A program made the translations under genes and the position numbers. A DNA stretch of 61,335 nucleotides, filler included, from an uncultured Rhodopirellula sp. (GTDB taxonomy: Bacteria > Planctomycetota > Planctomycetia > Pirellulales > Pirellulaceae): the NCBI GenBank assembly GCA_964007735.1. It is 6 parts of 6 records of this genome, joined end to end, with 100 filler letters (N's around TTAATTAATTAA, not from the genome) between each part and the next. Parts side by side here need not be neighbours in the genome. Positions count along the whole stretch, not along the records: positions 21,438 to 31,503 come from CAXGAI010000090.1; positions 31,604 to 41,632 come from CAXGAI010000091.1; 4 more parts are not named here. One strand, 5' to 3'. Positions within the stretch are counted from its first letter, which is position 1, and each line of letters starts with the position of its first letter. The notes under the pieces were generated by a model. That model had not been told where the DNA came from. It saw nothing but the letters and a program-made list of their open reading frames with translations, and did not search any database. Shown in pieces: positions 30,601 through 39,895 of this stretch.

Positions 30601-30944
30601 AAATCTTCAGCCATGCAATTAAATATCTAGATCGCGGAAAACTTGTTGGCGTTCCCACTTCTGGAAGTGTTATTAGCACCGGAAGTCGTTCTGTAATGGA
30701 CGCTGGCACAATACGCATTCCCTTTCGCGGCTGGTATCTAAAGGGTGACGGTCAGGATATGGAGCTTAATGGCGCCGTTCCTCATTACACTATTTGGCCT
30801 GAGCCTGGACAAATTCCAGACGGTATTGACCTTCAACTGAACAAAGCTATTACCGTATTGAAGCGGAGCGTTGTCAAAGCGTCACAGGATACCGATCCAA
30901 ATACGATTAATGCGTCACAGCGGGAACAGCCAAATGAGAAATAA
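27693..30944 (+). CDS. Tricorn-like S41 protease (beta-propellers, PDZ, S41 catalytic domain)
   Basis: Repeated WSPD/WAP blades, GELNASH, GYLHI..M, IIDVRENGGG, S.SNAEIF, G..T.G.VI. Confidence 0.9.
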   Translation: MRGLFLAISFLFLSVWTSPIGAEAVRFPSAPCLSPAGDQIYFSWRGDIWNAGIEGGRISRVTSDTSQETSPRVSNDGKTLFYASNKTGVNQVYRMEITGSVPIQLTFHSEGSIPVGLSSDNELVFTLGQRDSWWRWASRFHQISATNPQSGEVQLFNAYGSSGSVSDVGDVLFSREGMTWSRKQYTGSKSGQIWLWSKDSNAHKKILGDGLFDVRYPIWHPNGQEFYFVSEEDGTKNIWHYDLKSNKRRQLTNFEDDGAISPSISADGNLIVFRRLFDLYTLETRKNRPPKRLELEYQGDLFVNDEFERRLQKATDADFSKTGKTIAFISGGDVWVMDDLLKEPVQITTTPFFESEVVYDEDRERIIFVSSSDGQVDIYQVKRVDEAAPWWRNNNFIIEELTSDNEVETSLSLSPKNRYLSYVKYRKGLWVKDLTDETLVPAPVVKSWSPLTYSWAPNERWLTYAAADNDFNYDVHVVDIENPESTFNVSKHPDNEFGPVWSPDGKTLAFVGRRFDDEYDIYYVSLGRERDERTIRDEKLEQALKVREVGDSTEDTPTNDTPAKPSAPPQTELLTDLESIHKRIRKVSIPSATETELVWSPDSKKLAFQAEIDGKQGIYTITPYVSSTPTFLVAAKANVLQWRGSNNRIYWLKDGVPGWISGTGNGGGSFNFSAIQIGSRRAYHREIFDECWRIMRDDFYDGKFNNRNWDEIRRKYIQVAENCVTKANLNRTVSMMLGELNASHLGYRGGSDASPSLSKRDVTGHLGFIAQTDYKGPGIKVAEVVEGSPSAAVKSQLRPQDIVLAINKVAIDPEFDITLALNGTVGKETTLSVKREEKELEIAIYPITYSSYRTLLYERWIDANQQKVLQRSDSRLGYLHIRAMDMSSFHRFERELFEVAAGKEGLIIDVRENGGGFTTDHLLTILTQPRHAITKPRGGGEGYPQDRSIYATWDKPIVVLCNQNSHSNAEIFSHAIKYLDRGKLVGVPTSGSVISTGSRSVMDAGTIRIPFRGWYLKGDGQDMELNGAVPHYTIWPEPGQIPDGIDLQLNKAITVLKRSVVKASQDTDPNTINASQREQPNEK

Positions 30945-31503
30945 ATTCATGCTGTCCTTAACATTGATATACGCAGTGCTAACTATCCCAAGTACGATTT
31001 TCGCTGCCCCTCCTCTCGCAGGGGCAGATGTGTTCGAACTGGAATATGCTTCAAAACCTCTCATTTCACCCGATGGTAAATGGATTCTTTACAACCACGT
31101 CGTCGCTAATGAAGAAAACGATCGATTCGACAAGTCACTTATCTGTTATGACGTTGAAAACGATTTATCACGTCGTATTTTGAAAAAATACGACCTTACT
31201 TCCACACCCACCTGGTCTCCCGACTCGAAACAATTCGCGATCGCCGCAACGCGATCATCCAACCATTCTATTTTATTTGTCAAACCGGGACGGACGTCTC
31301 CATTCAAAACTTACCCTACGAATGTGAATGCAAAGAACCTGACTTGGAGCCCTTCAGGACGGTCAATCATCTTCGATGGCTTGGTTGAAGAAAAACAGGA
31401 ACGATTAGTTGATGAGCCTAAGGAAGCTGCTAGCGGACAATGGGCGCCGGCAGTGGTAGAGATTCAACGCGACATATATCGACGAGACGGACAAGGGTAC
31501 CTA
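30934..31503 (+). CDS. Probable S9 family peptidase, N-terminal beta-propeller only (truncated)
   Basis: Signal peptide, P.ISPDG, WSPD, WSP.G, YR.DG.GY; overlaps the tricorn stop; runs into the linker. Confidence 0.65.
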
Positions 31504-31603
31504 NNNNNNNNNNNNNNNNNNNNNNNNNNNNNNNNNNNNNNNNNNNNTTAATTAATTAANNNNNNNNNNNNNNNNNNNNNNNNNNNNNNNNNNNNNNNNN
31601 NNN
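31504..31603. other. Artificial contig linker
   Basis: N44-TTAATTAATTAA-N44. Confidence 0.98.
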
Positions 31604-31804
31604 ATTTATAGTGAAGATGTAGGCGCCGTCCTGGCAACGGTCCCGGGGATTCAGCCAACCTATCAATTCAAGGGCGATGAGTTGTACGTGCGTGCAGTGG
31701 TCACATCAACAAAGCCCCATGTGGATCCAACGCTTCCCAAGCAAACCGAGCAGGCTTGGACACAGCCTGTCGGTTGGTCTGTTAGCCAGCGGCGTAGCCG
31801 TTAA
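31604..31804 (+). CDS. C-terminal fragment of a protein (possibly PHP-like metallohydrolase)
   Basis: Open frame from the contig start: ...YQFKGDELYVRAVVTS...AWTQPVGW...stop. Confidence 0.55.
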   Translation: MYSEDVGAVLATVPGIQPTYQFKGDELYVRAVVTSTKPHVDPTLPKQTEQAWTQPVGWSVSQRRSR

Positions 31805-31897
31805 GATACTATTAATACCAGCTGGGTAGCAGGTAGCCGGCAGTGTTGTCGTTTGTTCGGCTTATTACCCCGAATTATTAAAGAGCTCAACTAAGGA

Positions 31898-34800
31898 ATG
31901 CATCAAATGACTTGTCGTGTTTTTTGTTCTGTCATTGCTGTTTTGTTGTCAGCAAATATTGCTGTTGGTCAAAATCTGGAGGCTCAGTTGTTGGAGACTC
32001 CGATCGAACAGCTGGTGCAGGAAGCCAAGGACCGGGGGGATGCAAAACGTGGTGGGATTGCATTTTTTCAGGTTTACCTGTCGTGCTCAAAATGTCACAG
32101 CCTGGGCGATAAAGAAAACCCACTTGGGCCTGATCTGACCCAGTTAGGTCCTAAGGCAAGTAACCAGCATTTGGTTGAATCCGTCTTGAAACCTTCGAAA
32201 GAAATCAAGAAGGGATTTGAGGCCGTTACGGTCTTTACGGTGGATGGCAAACAATTTACGGGCCTTATCCAAAGTCAAAAAGATGGCGAACTGGTTTTGA
32301 ATGATGTCAGTCGCCCGGGAGTGGAACTGAGGTTTCCAGAGAACGATGTAGATGAAGTTGTTGTTTCAAAAGCTTCGATTATGCCGAAAGGTCAGGTGAA
32401 TCAACTCACCGGCAAACAACAGTTTCTTGACCTGGTTAAGTATTTGATGGAGGTTCGTGACGGTGGGAAAGAGCGAGCGGCTGAATTGCAGCCCCCACCG
32501 TCTCTCTATGCTGCACGACCTTTACCTGAATACGAAAAGAATCTGGATCATCTGGGATTGCTGACCTCCTTGAACCAGGAGAGCTACAAACGTGGAGAGG
32601 CAATTTACAATCGCCTCTGCATTAATTGTCATGGCACACATGATCGACCGGGTTCATTGCCAACTTCAAGAAAGTTCGCTGTAGATGTCATGAAAAATGG
32701 TGCCGATCCATTTGCGATGTATCAGACTCTTACGCGTGGATTTGGCCTGATGGTCCCGCAGGCATGGATGGTGCCTCAGCAAAAATATGATGTGATTCAT
32801 TACATCAGGGAAGCGTACTTTAAGCGTGACAATCCGTCTCAATACTTCCCGGTTACCCAGGGTTATCTGGCTGATTTGCCAAAAGGAGATACGAAGGGGC
32901 CAGCCCCATCAAACATCGTTCCCTGGGAGCAAAATAATTATGGTCATCAACTGATTGCTACTTATGAAATTGGTGAAGATGCATCTAATTTTGCCTATAA
33001 GGGAATAGCGCAGCGTCTTGATGCCGGTCAGGGGGGGATCTCCAAAGGAAACGGTTGGATGATCTTTGATCATGATACGATGCGTATCGCTGCCGGTTGG
33101 CAGGGAAAAGGGTTTATCGACTGGAATGGTATTAACTTCAATGGTCGCCACAATATTCACCCGCGTGTCGTAGGAGATCTCCACTTCGAAAATCCGACAG
33201 GTCCTGGCTGGGCAAACCCCGAAGATAATTCTTGGGATGACCCCCGCTTAGTCGGGCGAGATGACAGGATTTATGGCCCGCTTCCCCGCCCCTGGGCGCA
33301 TTACAAAGGTCTTTATCACCACGGCAATCAGACGGTGATTTCCTATTCAGTAGGTAAGGCCGATGTTTTGGAGACTGCAGCCTGGGAGGAAACCGATAAT
33401 GGGCCGGTGTTCAAACGGATCTTTCAGATGGGCCGCCGAGCTCAGGACTATTATGTGCAGATTGCACAGCACCCCGATACGAATGCCCCGCTGCAAATGT
33501 TACAGAAAGAAGCGGACGGCCGCAGCGTAGTTGGATTAGGGCACTTTGCAGTCCCCAAAGAACCTGCTCAGGACCGGGGTGTGTCGTTTAATGGTGCGAC
33601 CTATCTACAGGTTCCCCTAGGTGAGCGAATAAATATGTTCTCCGAAGACTTCACTATCGCAGCCACCATCTCAACGAAAGTAGATGGAGCGATTTTTACG
33701 AAAACTCACACAAAGGGGCCCTGGGTGGATGGCGGCAAGTCCTTGTTTGTTCGAGGTGGCAAGTTGGCTTACGACATTGGCTGGGTAGGTGCCCTGAATG
33801 GGAATATCCCCGTGGCGGATGGTAAGCCGCATGATGTTGCTTTGACATTTAATGCGGAATCTGGCCAATTGACGTTTTATGTGGATGGCAAGGTGGACGC
33901 GGCAAAAGTGATGCGGGCGAAGCGTGTCGAAAATGCTCATGTGCTGAAGATTGGATTCTGTTCGGATAACTTCCCCAATAATAAAACACACTTTGAGGGA
34001 ATGCTCAGCCGGGTGCAGGTGTTCCAGCGTCTGGTCGTGCCGGCCGAGGTGGAAACAGCCAAAGGGGCAGTGCTCGATTTGAGAATGCAAGACGGAGTCG
34101 CGAGAGATCACTCGGAGGCTAAATTGGAGGTGAAGGTCATGGCCGGAATGCCTTCGGCAGGTTCTAGCGATGCCCCATTGATCGCTGGTGTTAATGCGGA
34201 GCTTGATGGCTGGGAATGGCTCAGGGGAGACGATGGCCAGTTGCGTCTTAAAGTGCCGGCAGGAGATAAAACGCAGTTTACAGTCTGGGTGCGACGTGTC
34301 GATGATTCAGCCATCGCCTTGGAAGCCAGCCAGTTTATCCCGGTGCCTCATGTCGACTTGTCAGAACTCATAAGTGGTGGACCGGCTCGATTTCCCGATA
34401 AATTGACGACTTTGCTAGATCATGGTGAGCAAGAAGGGGCGTTCCAGGTGGATGTGTTGACGCATCCTGTCGAAAACCCATGGTTTGCGCAGGTGCGTAT
34501 GACCGGGCTGGATTTCTACCCCGATGGAGACAGCCTGGTTGTTAGCTGTTGGGATGGTGATGTCTGGAAGGTGTCCGGCGTACTTAGTGACGATGGAAAG
34601 CTTACCTGGCACCGCATAGCCAGTGGCCTGTTTCAACCTTTAGGGGTCAAAATCGTTGACGACCTGATCTACGTGGGTTGTCGCGATCAGATTTGTATCT
34701 TGCATGATCTTAATGGGGATGGCGAAACTGATTTCTATGAATCGTTTAACAGTGATCACCAGGTTACCGACCATTTCCACGAGTTTGCCATGGGCTTACA

Positions 34801-35758
34801 GGTGGATGCTCAGAATAATTTCTATTATGCGAAATCGGCTCGGCATGCACTGCCGGCACTAGTTCCTCATCATGGCACACTACTGCGTGTGAGTGCTGAT
34901 GGGAAAAAAACAGATATTCTTGCCACCGGTTTTCGAGCTGCTAACGGAGTTTGTCTAAATGAAGACGGATCCTTTATCGTTACCGATCAGGAAGGGCATT
35001 GGAATCCGAAGAACAGGATTAACTGGGTGCGTGAAGGCGGTTTCTATGGCAATATGATGGGCTATCACGATATCACGGATGAATCGGATGAAGCGATGGA
35101 ACAGCCGTTAGTTTGGATTACTAATTCGTTCGATCGCTCTCCGTCTGAGTTGCTATGGGTGGATTCAGAGAAATGGGGACCGCTCAATGGTCGTTTACTC
35201 AATTTGTCCTATGGTTACGGGAAAGTCTATGTCGTTCCGCACGAGGAAGTTGAGGGGCAGATGCAGGGAGGGATGATTCAATTTCCAATTGCACAATTCC
35301 CAACCGGGGTGATGCGAGGGAGGTTTCATCCGGAAGATGGTCAGCTTTATGCGTGTGGTATGTTTGCCTGGGCTGGGAATCAAACTCAGCCTGGTGGCAT
35401 GTACCGTTTACGTTATACCGGCGAACCGGTGTATTTGCCGGTAGAACTCAAGGCTCGTAAAGGCGGCGTTGAACTGACGTTTTCCGAACCCGTCGACGTC
35501 GAGACCGCCGTTGAGATTGCAAATTACAAATTGAAAACCTGGACGTTAAAGCGGACTCGCAGTTATGGCTCGAAACACTATGATGAAAAGCCAGTTGTGG
35601 TCACTTCGGTAAAACTTTCAAACGATGGAAAACGCGTCTTTATGACGATTCCAGACTTGAAGCCAACATGGTGTATGGAAATTAAATACAACCTTAAAGG
35701 AGCCAACGGAAGATCCTTTAATGGGACAATTCACAACACAATCCATATCCTTAAATAG
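31898..35758 (+). CDS. Large exported two-heme-c protein with LamG-like domain and C-terminal beta-propeller (DUF6797-like)
   Basis: Signal peptide; CSKCH followed by GPDLT and S.MP.G; CINCH; FNG..Y/FTIAA.I/H.VA.T...YVDG LamG pattern; ASGLFQPLG, D.NGDG..D propeller. Confidence 0.8.
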   Translation: MHQMTCRVFCSVIAVLLSANIAVGQNLEAQLLETPIEQLVQEAKDRGDAKRGGIAFFQVYLSCSKCHSLGDKENPLGPDLTQLGPKASNQHLVESVLKPSKEIKKGFEAVTVFTVDGKQFTGLIQSQKDGELVLNDVSRPGVELRFPENDVDEVVVSKASIMPKGQVNQLTGKQQFLDLVKYLMEVRDGGKERAAELQPPPSLYAARPLPEYEKNLDHLGLLTSLNQESYKRGEAIYNRLCINCHGTHDRPGSLPTSRKFAVDVMKNGADPFAMYQTLTRGFGLMVPQAWMVPQQKYDVIHYIREAYFKRDNPSQYFPVTQGYLADLPKGDTKGPAPSNIVPWEQNNYGHQLIATYEIGEDASNFAYKGIAQRLDAGQGGISKGNGWMIFDHDTMRIAAGWQGKGFIDWNGINFNGRHNIHPRVVGDLHFENPTGPGWANPEDNSWDDPRLVGRDDRIYGPLPRPWAHYKGLYHHGNQTVISYSVGKADVLETAAWEETDNGPVFKRIFQMGRRAQDYYVQIAQHPDTNAPLQMLQKEADGRSVVGLGHFAVPKEPAQDRGVSFNGATYLQVPLGERINMFSEDFTIAATISTKVDGAIFTKTHTKGPWVDGGKSLFVRGGKLAYDIGWVGALNGNIPVADGKPHDVALTFNAESGQLTFYVDGKVDAAKVMRAKRVENAHVLKIGFCSDNFPNNKTHFEGMLSRVQVFQRLVVPAEVETAKGAVLDLRMQDGVARDHSEAKLEVKVMAGMPSAGSSDAPLIAGVNAELDGWEWLRGDDGQLRLKVPAGDKTQFTVWVRRVDDSAIALEASQFIPVPHVDLSELISGGPARFPDKLTTLLDHGEQEGAFQVDVLTHPVENPWFAQVRMTGLDFYPDGDSLVVSCWDGDVWKVSGVLSDDGKLTWHRIASGLFQPLGVKIVDDLIYVGCRDQICILHDLNGDGETDFYESFNSDHQVTDHFHEFAMGLQVDAQNNFYYAKSARHALPALVPHHGTLLRVSADGKKTDILATGFRAANGVCLNEDGSFIVTDQEGHWNPKNRINWVREGGFYGNMMGYHDITDESDEAMEQPLVWITNSFDRSPSELLWVDSEKWGPLNGRLLNLSYGYGKVYVVPHEEVEGQMQGGMIQFPIAQFPTGVMRGRFHPEDGQLYACGMFAWAGNQTQPGGMYRLRYTGEPVYLPVELKARKGGVELTFSEPVDVETAVEIANYKLKTWTLKRTRSYGSKHYDEKPVVVTSVKLSNDGKRVFMTIPDLKPTWCMEIKYNLKGANGRSFNGTIHNTIHILK

Positions 35759-35788
35759 TGGAGCGCCTTTGGAAGGCAGAATAAGTAA

Positions 35789-37279
35789 ATGATCAGTCAA
35801 CAAAAAATGCGAATGGGATGGTCGTTTTGGATTGTGTTGTTGTTGGTGGCTGGTGTATCCGCTCAGGACACACAGTTACGTCAGTCATACACCAGCGAGG
35901 AGATTAATGACGATCTTGATCGCATGGAGCAAATCCTGACATCGATGCATCCCGGGTTGCATCTCTATATCACACCAGAGGATCTTAACAAAGAGTTCGC
36001 TTCAATTCGTCTCGGTAGTAGTGAAACTCAGTCATTACGTAATGCTTTTCTCAAATTCGCGGCACTTGTTGACAAGGTTCGTTGTGGGCATACGTACGCA
36101 TCAATCCCGACATCGGCACAAGAAGAATTGAATCGGGATGCCGTCTTCTTTCCGATTCCACTTAAATTTTTAGAAGGCAGAGCTTATGTAAACCACAAAC
36201 GAGTGGACTTGCCCTGCGGCGTGGAAGTGCTGTCGGTGAATGGTATTGCGATAAGTAAGTTAGTACCCCAATTAATGCCGTTTGTAACAGGCGATGGCTA
36301 TGTAGATGAGTATCGATACGAGTTGTTGAGTGACTTGTTTTCAATGTCCTTAGCGACTGCGTTTCCTCAAAAAGGACAGTTTTTGGTTGAATTTCGAAAG
36401 CGTAGCGGGGAGGTAGCCATGAAGACAGTGCAGGGTATCGGGGGCCGCGGTATTGAAGCCCGGATGCGGAATGTTGCGTTTGGCAAACCATCCGTTCTCC
36501 CCTATCGTTTCGAGAAAGTCCTGTCGGATACCGTTGTTATGGCGATTGATACCTTTGATAACGATTACGGAGCTCCGCCGTTCCGGATTTATCGGGGCTT
36601 TGTAACTAAAGCTTTTAAGACGCTGGAGAAATCTCCGGAGATTAAGAACCTGGTCTTGGATCTTCGCCTCAATGAGGGAGGTTATACCCGTAATGAGATG
36701 TTGTTGTATTCTTATTTAAGTGAGAAGCCTTTCCGGGAAATGCAGGACGGAGCAGCAGTAGCTAATACGATCGAGTATAAGGAAGACCTGAGCCGCCTCT
36801 ACCAAACTCGAGGTATGATCCGAAGCTATGAGCGTAGGTTGGGCCGGGAACTGGAGCTGGCAGACAATGATAGCTTTAGCTTGTCAGAGGACTGGATTCC
36901 AAGACTTCAGCCGGCGGAAAGGCGATTCCATGGTAATATTTTTGTGTTGACAAGCGGGCGAACGCATTCAGCGGGAGCTTGTATCTGCAGTCGACTGAGG
37001 GAGGCCGATAAAGCGATCTTTATCGGAGAAGAAACTGGTGGAGTGCATGGGGCTTTTACGGCAGGCACCACCCTGGTTTATACGTTGCCTAATACCGGGA
37101 TTGAACTAGCAGTGCCGATTCTTAAGTATAATATGCTGAGAGCGAAACCAGCCGAGATTGGAAGAGGTGTAAAGCCGGATCATTTGGTTCGGGTTCGCCC
37201 GGAGGATCTAGTGTCGGGAGAAGATCGGGTTCTGAAATTCGCGATGGAACTGGTGCGGCGGCAAAATAAAGGTGACTAA
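35789..37279 (+). CDS. Exported S41 family peptidase
   Basis: CGHT, LVLDLRLNEGG, T.SA, IGEETGG and GV.PD motifs. Confidence 0.8.
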   Translation: MISQQKMRMGWSFWIVLLLVAGVSAQDTQLRQSYTSEEINDDLDRMEQILTSMHPGLHLYITPEDLNKEFASIRLGSSETQSLRNAFLKFAALVDKVRCGHTYASIPTSAQEELNRDAVFFPIPLKFLEGRAYVNHKRVDLPCGVEVLSVNGIAISKLVPQLMPFVTGDGYVDEYRYELLSDLFSMSLATAFPQKGQFLVEFRKRSGEVAMKTVQGIGGRGIEARMRNVAFGKPSVLPYRFEKVLSDTVVMAIDTFDNDYGAPPFRIYRGFVTKAFKTLEKSPEIKNLVLDLRLNEGGYTRNEMLLYSYLSEKPFREMQDGAAVANTIEYKEDLSRLYQTRGMIRSYERRLGRELELADNDSFSLSEDWIPRLQPAERRFHGNIFVLTSGRTHSAGACICSRLREADKAIFIGEETGGVHGAFTAGTTLVYTLPNTGIELAVPILKYNMLRAKPAEIGRGVKPDHLVRVRPEDLVSGEDRVLKFAMELVRRQNKGD

Positions 37280-38229
37280 TTGTGTTCTTTGCTAGCTTTG
37301 AAGTATTGTTCTAACTCAAGGATTGTCCGCATGACGACGGTGAGATTACCGATGACCACATAGTTGTCAAAATAATAATCTCCGGCAGGTACACCATCCT
37401 TGTCTCGAATGCGAAAGACACTGTTCCACTTTGTTACTTTGGCGGCTTGAAATCGGAATCTTCCGTAGCCAGCATTTTCATACCCCTTGCTGGGCTGTTG
37501 AGGGGAGTAGACACCCATTGCGAATGTTCGGTCTTTAAAGGAGAGGATAACCGGGTGTCGCTGCTCTCCCGGACCATCACTCAGAGGGACAAGTTGTTGC
37601 CGACTTAAATTGACTCCCCAGAATGTATCGAATCGCTCAGGCATATACCCGGTTACGGCTTCAAATTGAGCATATCGATGGAATTCTCCGATAGGGGTGT
37701 TGAACGTAGCTTCATATCGAATCACATGATCCCATTGCTTAAATCCCAGTGTAATTCGTTTGGTTAATAGGTGGTTGGATAATAAAGTTTTGTTCTTTGC
37801 CGGGTTTCCAGAAGACGTTTGGCCAGGTGCCAGCCAGAATGCCATTTGCGAGGTTGTTTGCAATTGGTTTTTTGTGTGGGTTAGTTGCAGCAGTTTGCTG
37901 GTGCTGGAAGTGCCGATTCCGTCATTGCGTGATCCCGCTTCTGTTGGATTGAACGTCTCGCCGCTGAAGTCTGTGCCGCGATCGAAATTACTTGCTGATT
38001 GCATCTGGCGACCATGATCATGGCTATTAATAAATTCCTGCCCTTTCCATTGAATGCTGTGGACGGCACCAGCCAGTCGAGGTGTGACGGTAAGTTTGAG
38101 CGTACTACCCTGGAGGTTTTTAGAGAGATAGATAGGGTCGGTAAAGTCCGCTGGCTTCACCGTTATCTGCCCCTGGCAGACGCTAAGGCTCGCAATGGTG
38201 AGGCAGAGGGTGAGTAATGTGTTTCGCAT
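37276..38229 (-). CDS. Hypothetical exported protein
   Basis: 317-aa ORF with signal peptide; motifs EFINSHDHGRQMQ and NPTEAGS; function not recognised. Confidence 0.7.
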   Translation of the reverse strand: MRNTLLTLCLTIASLSVCQGQITVKPADFTDPIYLSKNLQGSTLKLTVTPRLAGAVHSIQWKGQEFINSHDHGRQMQSASNFDRGTDFSGETFNPTEAGSRNDGIGTSSTSKLLQLTHTKNQLQTTSQMAFWLAPGQTSSGNPAKNKTLLSNHLLTKRITLGFKQWDHVIRYEATFNTPIGEFHRYAQFEAVTGYMPERFDTFWGVNLSRQQLVPLSDGPGEQRHPVILSFKDRTFAMGVYSPQQPSKGYENAGYGRFRFQAAKVTKWNSVFRIRDKDGVPAGDYYFDNYVVIGNLTVVMRTILELEQYFKASKEHN

Positions 38230-38231
38230 GA

Positions 38232-38271
38232 TAAAAAATCGGGAAACTACTGATAACGTAGTTTCCCGATT
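38232..38271 (-). terminator. Intrinsic terminator after the DUF1080 gene
   Basis: 14-bp perfect stem AATCGGGAAACTAC/GTAGTTTCCCGATT with a U-run on the minus strand. Confidence 0.8.
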
Positions 38272-38297
38272 AGTTAATAGGGGTGTTGATCAGGGGG

Positions 38298-38963
38298 TTA
38301 TTTAAGCTCTTTGAGCTTAATGTTTTTCCAGGAAACCTCGTATGGACCAGTTCCCTTTCTGATGCCATGTACCTGAAGACCGATAAAACCTTTGGCGTGA
38401 GTCTTGTAAATTGCTTCGTCGACCAATGTCTCAATGTGCTGGCCATTGATCCAAGTTTCAATTTTTGGACCTTTGGCAACAATTCGGAATTGATTCCACT
38501 CACCATCTTTGAAGTGCTTGTGAGGCTTTAACCGTTCAGGCGTCGTGAGCCAACCACGACCCGTAGCTTCACCATACACGTAACCAGCTTCTGCCCCTTT
38601 GGCACCACTCGCTTCGATTTCTACCTGAGGTCCGTTCACACGACCAAATTTGATTTTGCTTCCTTCAGGGACTTCTTTTGTTTGACTGCGAATCTGAACA
38701 CCACTATTGAGTTCATTGGCTACTTTGACTTCGAATTCCAATTCGAAATCGCCATAAAGCTTTTTAGTGCAAAGGAAACTGTTGGGGCTCCCTTCGTTGG
38801 TCTTGCCTGTGATGGCATCACCATCAATTCGATAAGTGGCGGTCCCATTTTTTTGGATCCAGTTGTCGAGGTTCTTGCCGTTAAATAGATTTACCCACTC
38901 GTCTGCTGAGAGGGATGCAGAAACGGTAAAAGCCAGAACTATGCTTAATGCAAATCGTTTCAT
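38298..38963 (-). CDS. DUF1080 (3-keto-glycoside hydrolase-like) exported protein
   Basis: W..LFNGKNL..W, YGDFELE.E, NSGVQIRS, WN..RI, G.IGLQVH, WKNIKLK. Probable ATG at 38963. Confidence 0.9.
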   Translation of the reverse strand: MKRFALSIVLAFTVSASLSADEWVNLFNGKNLDNWIQKNGTATYRIDGDAITGKTNEGSPNSFLCTKKLYGDFELEFEVKVANELNSGVQIRSQTKEVPEGSKIKFGRVNGPQVEIEASGAKGAEAGYVYGEATGRGWLTTPERLKPHKHFKDGEWNQFRIVAKGPKIETWINGQHIETLVDEAIYKTHAKGFIGLQVHGIRKGTGPYEVSWKNIKLKELK

Positions 38964-39082
38964 AAAAAAATCCTGTGTTTGTGATTTGGAAATTGTCTTT
39001 TGTAGGTGATGATTTATCACGACGTTTGATTATACATCAATAGTATGAGCAGGGTAGTAATCTGAAACGCAGCTTTGTAGGT

Positions 39083-39892
39083 TTGATAAAGCAGAGGATT
39101 ACGTTGCCGTTGGCCGATAGTATTGGTATGGATTGTTACGATTACCCACAATACTGGGATCTCGCATTCCGGGATTCAACCCGGGAAGAAGCTGATTTTG
39201 TGGAAGCAGTTTCTCAAAGGTTGATGCGAGGTCGAGCAAAACGTATTTATGAACCCGGTTGTGGGGGCGGGCGATTAGTCGTGGAGTTGGCTCGTCGAGG
39301 TTTTGACGTGACAGCGATCGACTTAAGTCAGCCGGCCATAACGTATCTCAAGAAACGTCTCAGGAGAAATCGACTGAAGGCAGATGTGAGCGTGGCCGAT
39401 ATGCTCGCATTCACCTGTCAACCGAAGGTTGATATTGCGATTAATACAGTCAACACATTCCGCCATCTATTGTCCGAGCGTGATGCCCTGCAGCATCTTG
39501 AACTTGTGGCTTCAAGCTTAAAGAAAGGTGGATACTATATTTTGGGATTTCATCTACTGCCACCGGACGCTGCTTTAGAAGATCGTGAATATTGGATAGC
39601 CAGGCATGCAGGCATTTCTGTCCATATGACGCTCGATGCATACAATGCTAGTCGAAGAAAACGTACCGAAACGTTGCGGTTCCGGATGCAGGTGAAGGGG
39701 GGTAGAGAGGTTAAAGAGTTTACGACTGAATATCAAATGAGAATTTATACAGCCGCTCAAGCGAAAAGCCTTTTTTCGAAGACACAACAGTTTGAATTGG
39801 CGGAAGTTTATGACTTCTATTACGAAATGGATGAACCCCAACCGTTAGACAACCAATTGGGAGACGCGGTTTTTCTATTAAGGCGTGTCTAG
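39083..39892 (+). CDS. Class I SAM-dependent methyltransferase
   Basis: EPGCGGGR motif I, IDLS, ADM, LK.GG. Start may be the ATG at 39128. Confidence 0.85.
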   Translation: MIKQRITLPLADSIGMDCYDYPQYWDLAFRDSTREEADFVEAVSQRLMRGRAKRIYEPGCGGGRLVVELARRGFDVTAIDLSQPAITYLKKRLRRNRLKADVSVADMLAFTCQPKVDIAINTVNTFRHLLSERDALQHLELVASSLKKGGYYILGFHLLPPDAALEDREYWIARHAGISVHMTLDAYNASRRKRTETLRFRMQVKGGREVKEFTTEYQMRIYTAAQAKSLFSKTQQFELAEVYDFYYEMDEPQPLDNQLGDAVFLLRRV

Positions 39893-39895
39893 GGG

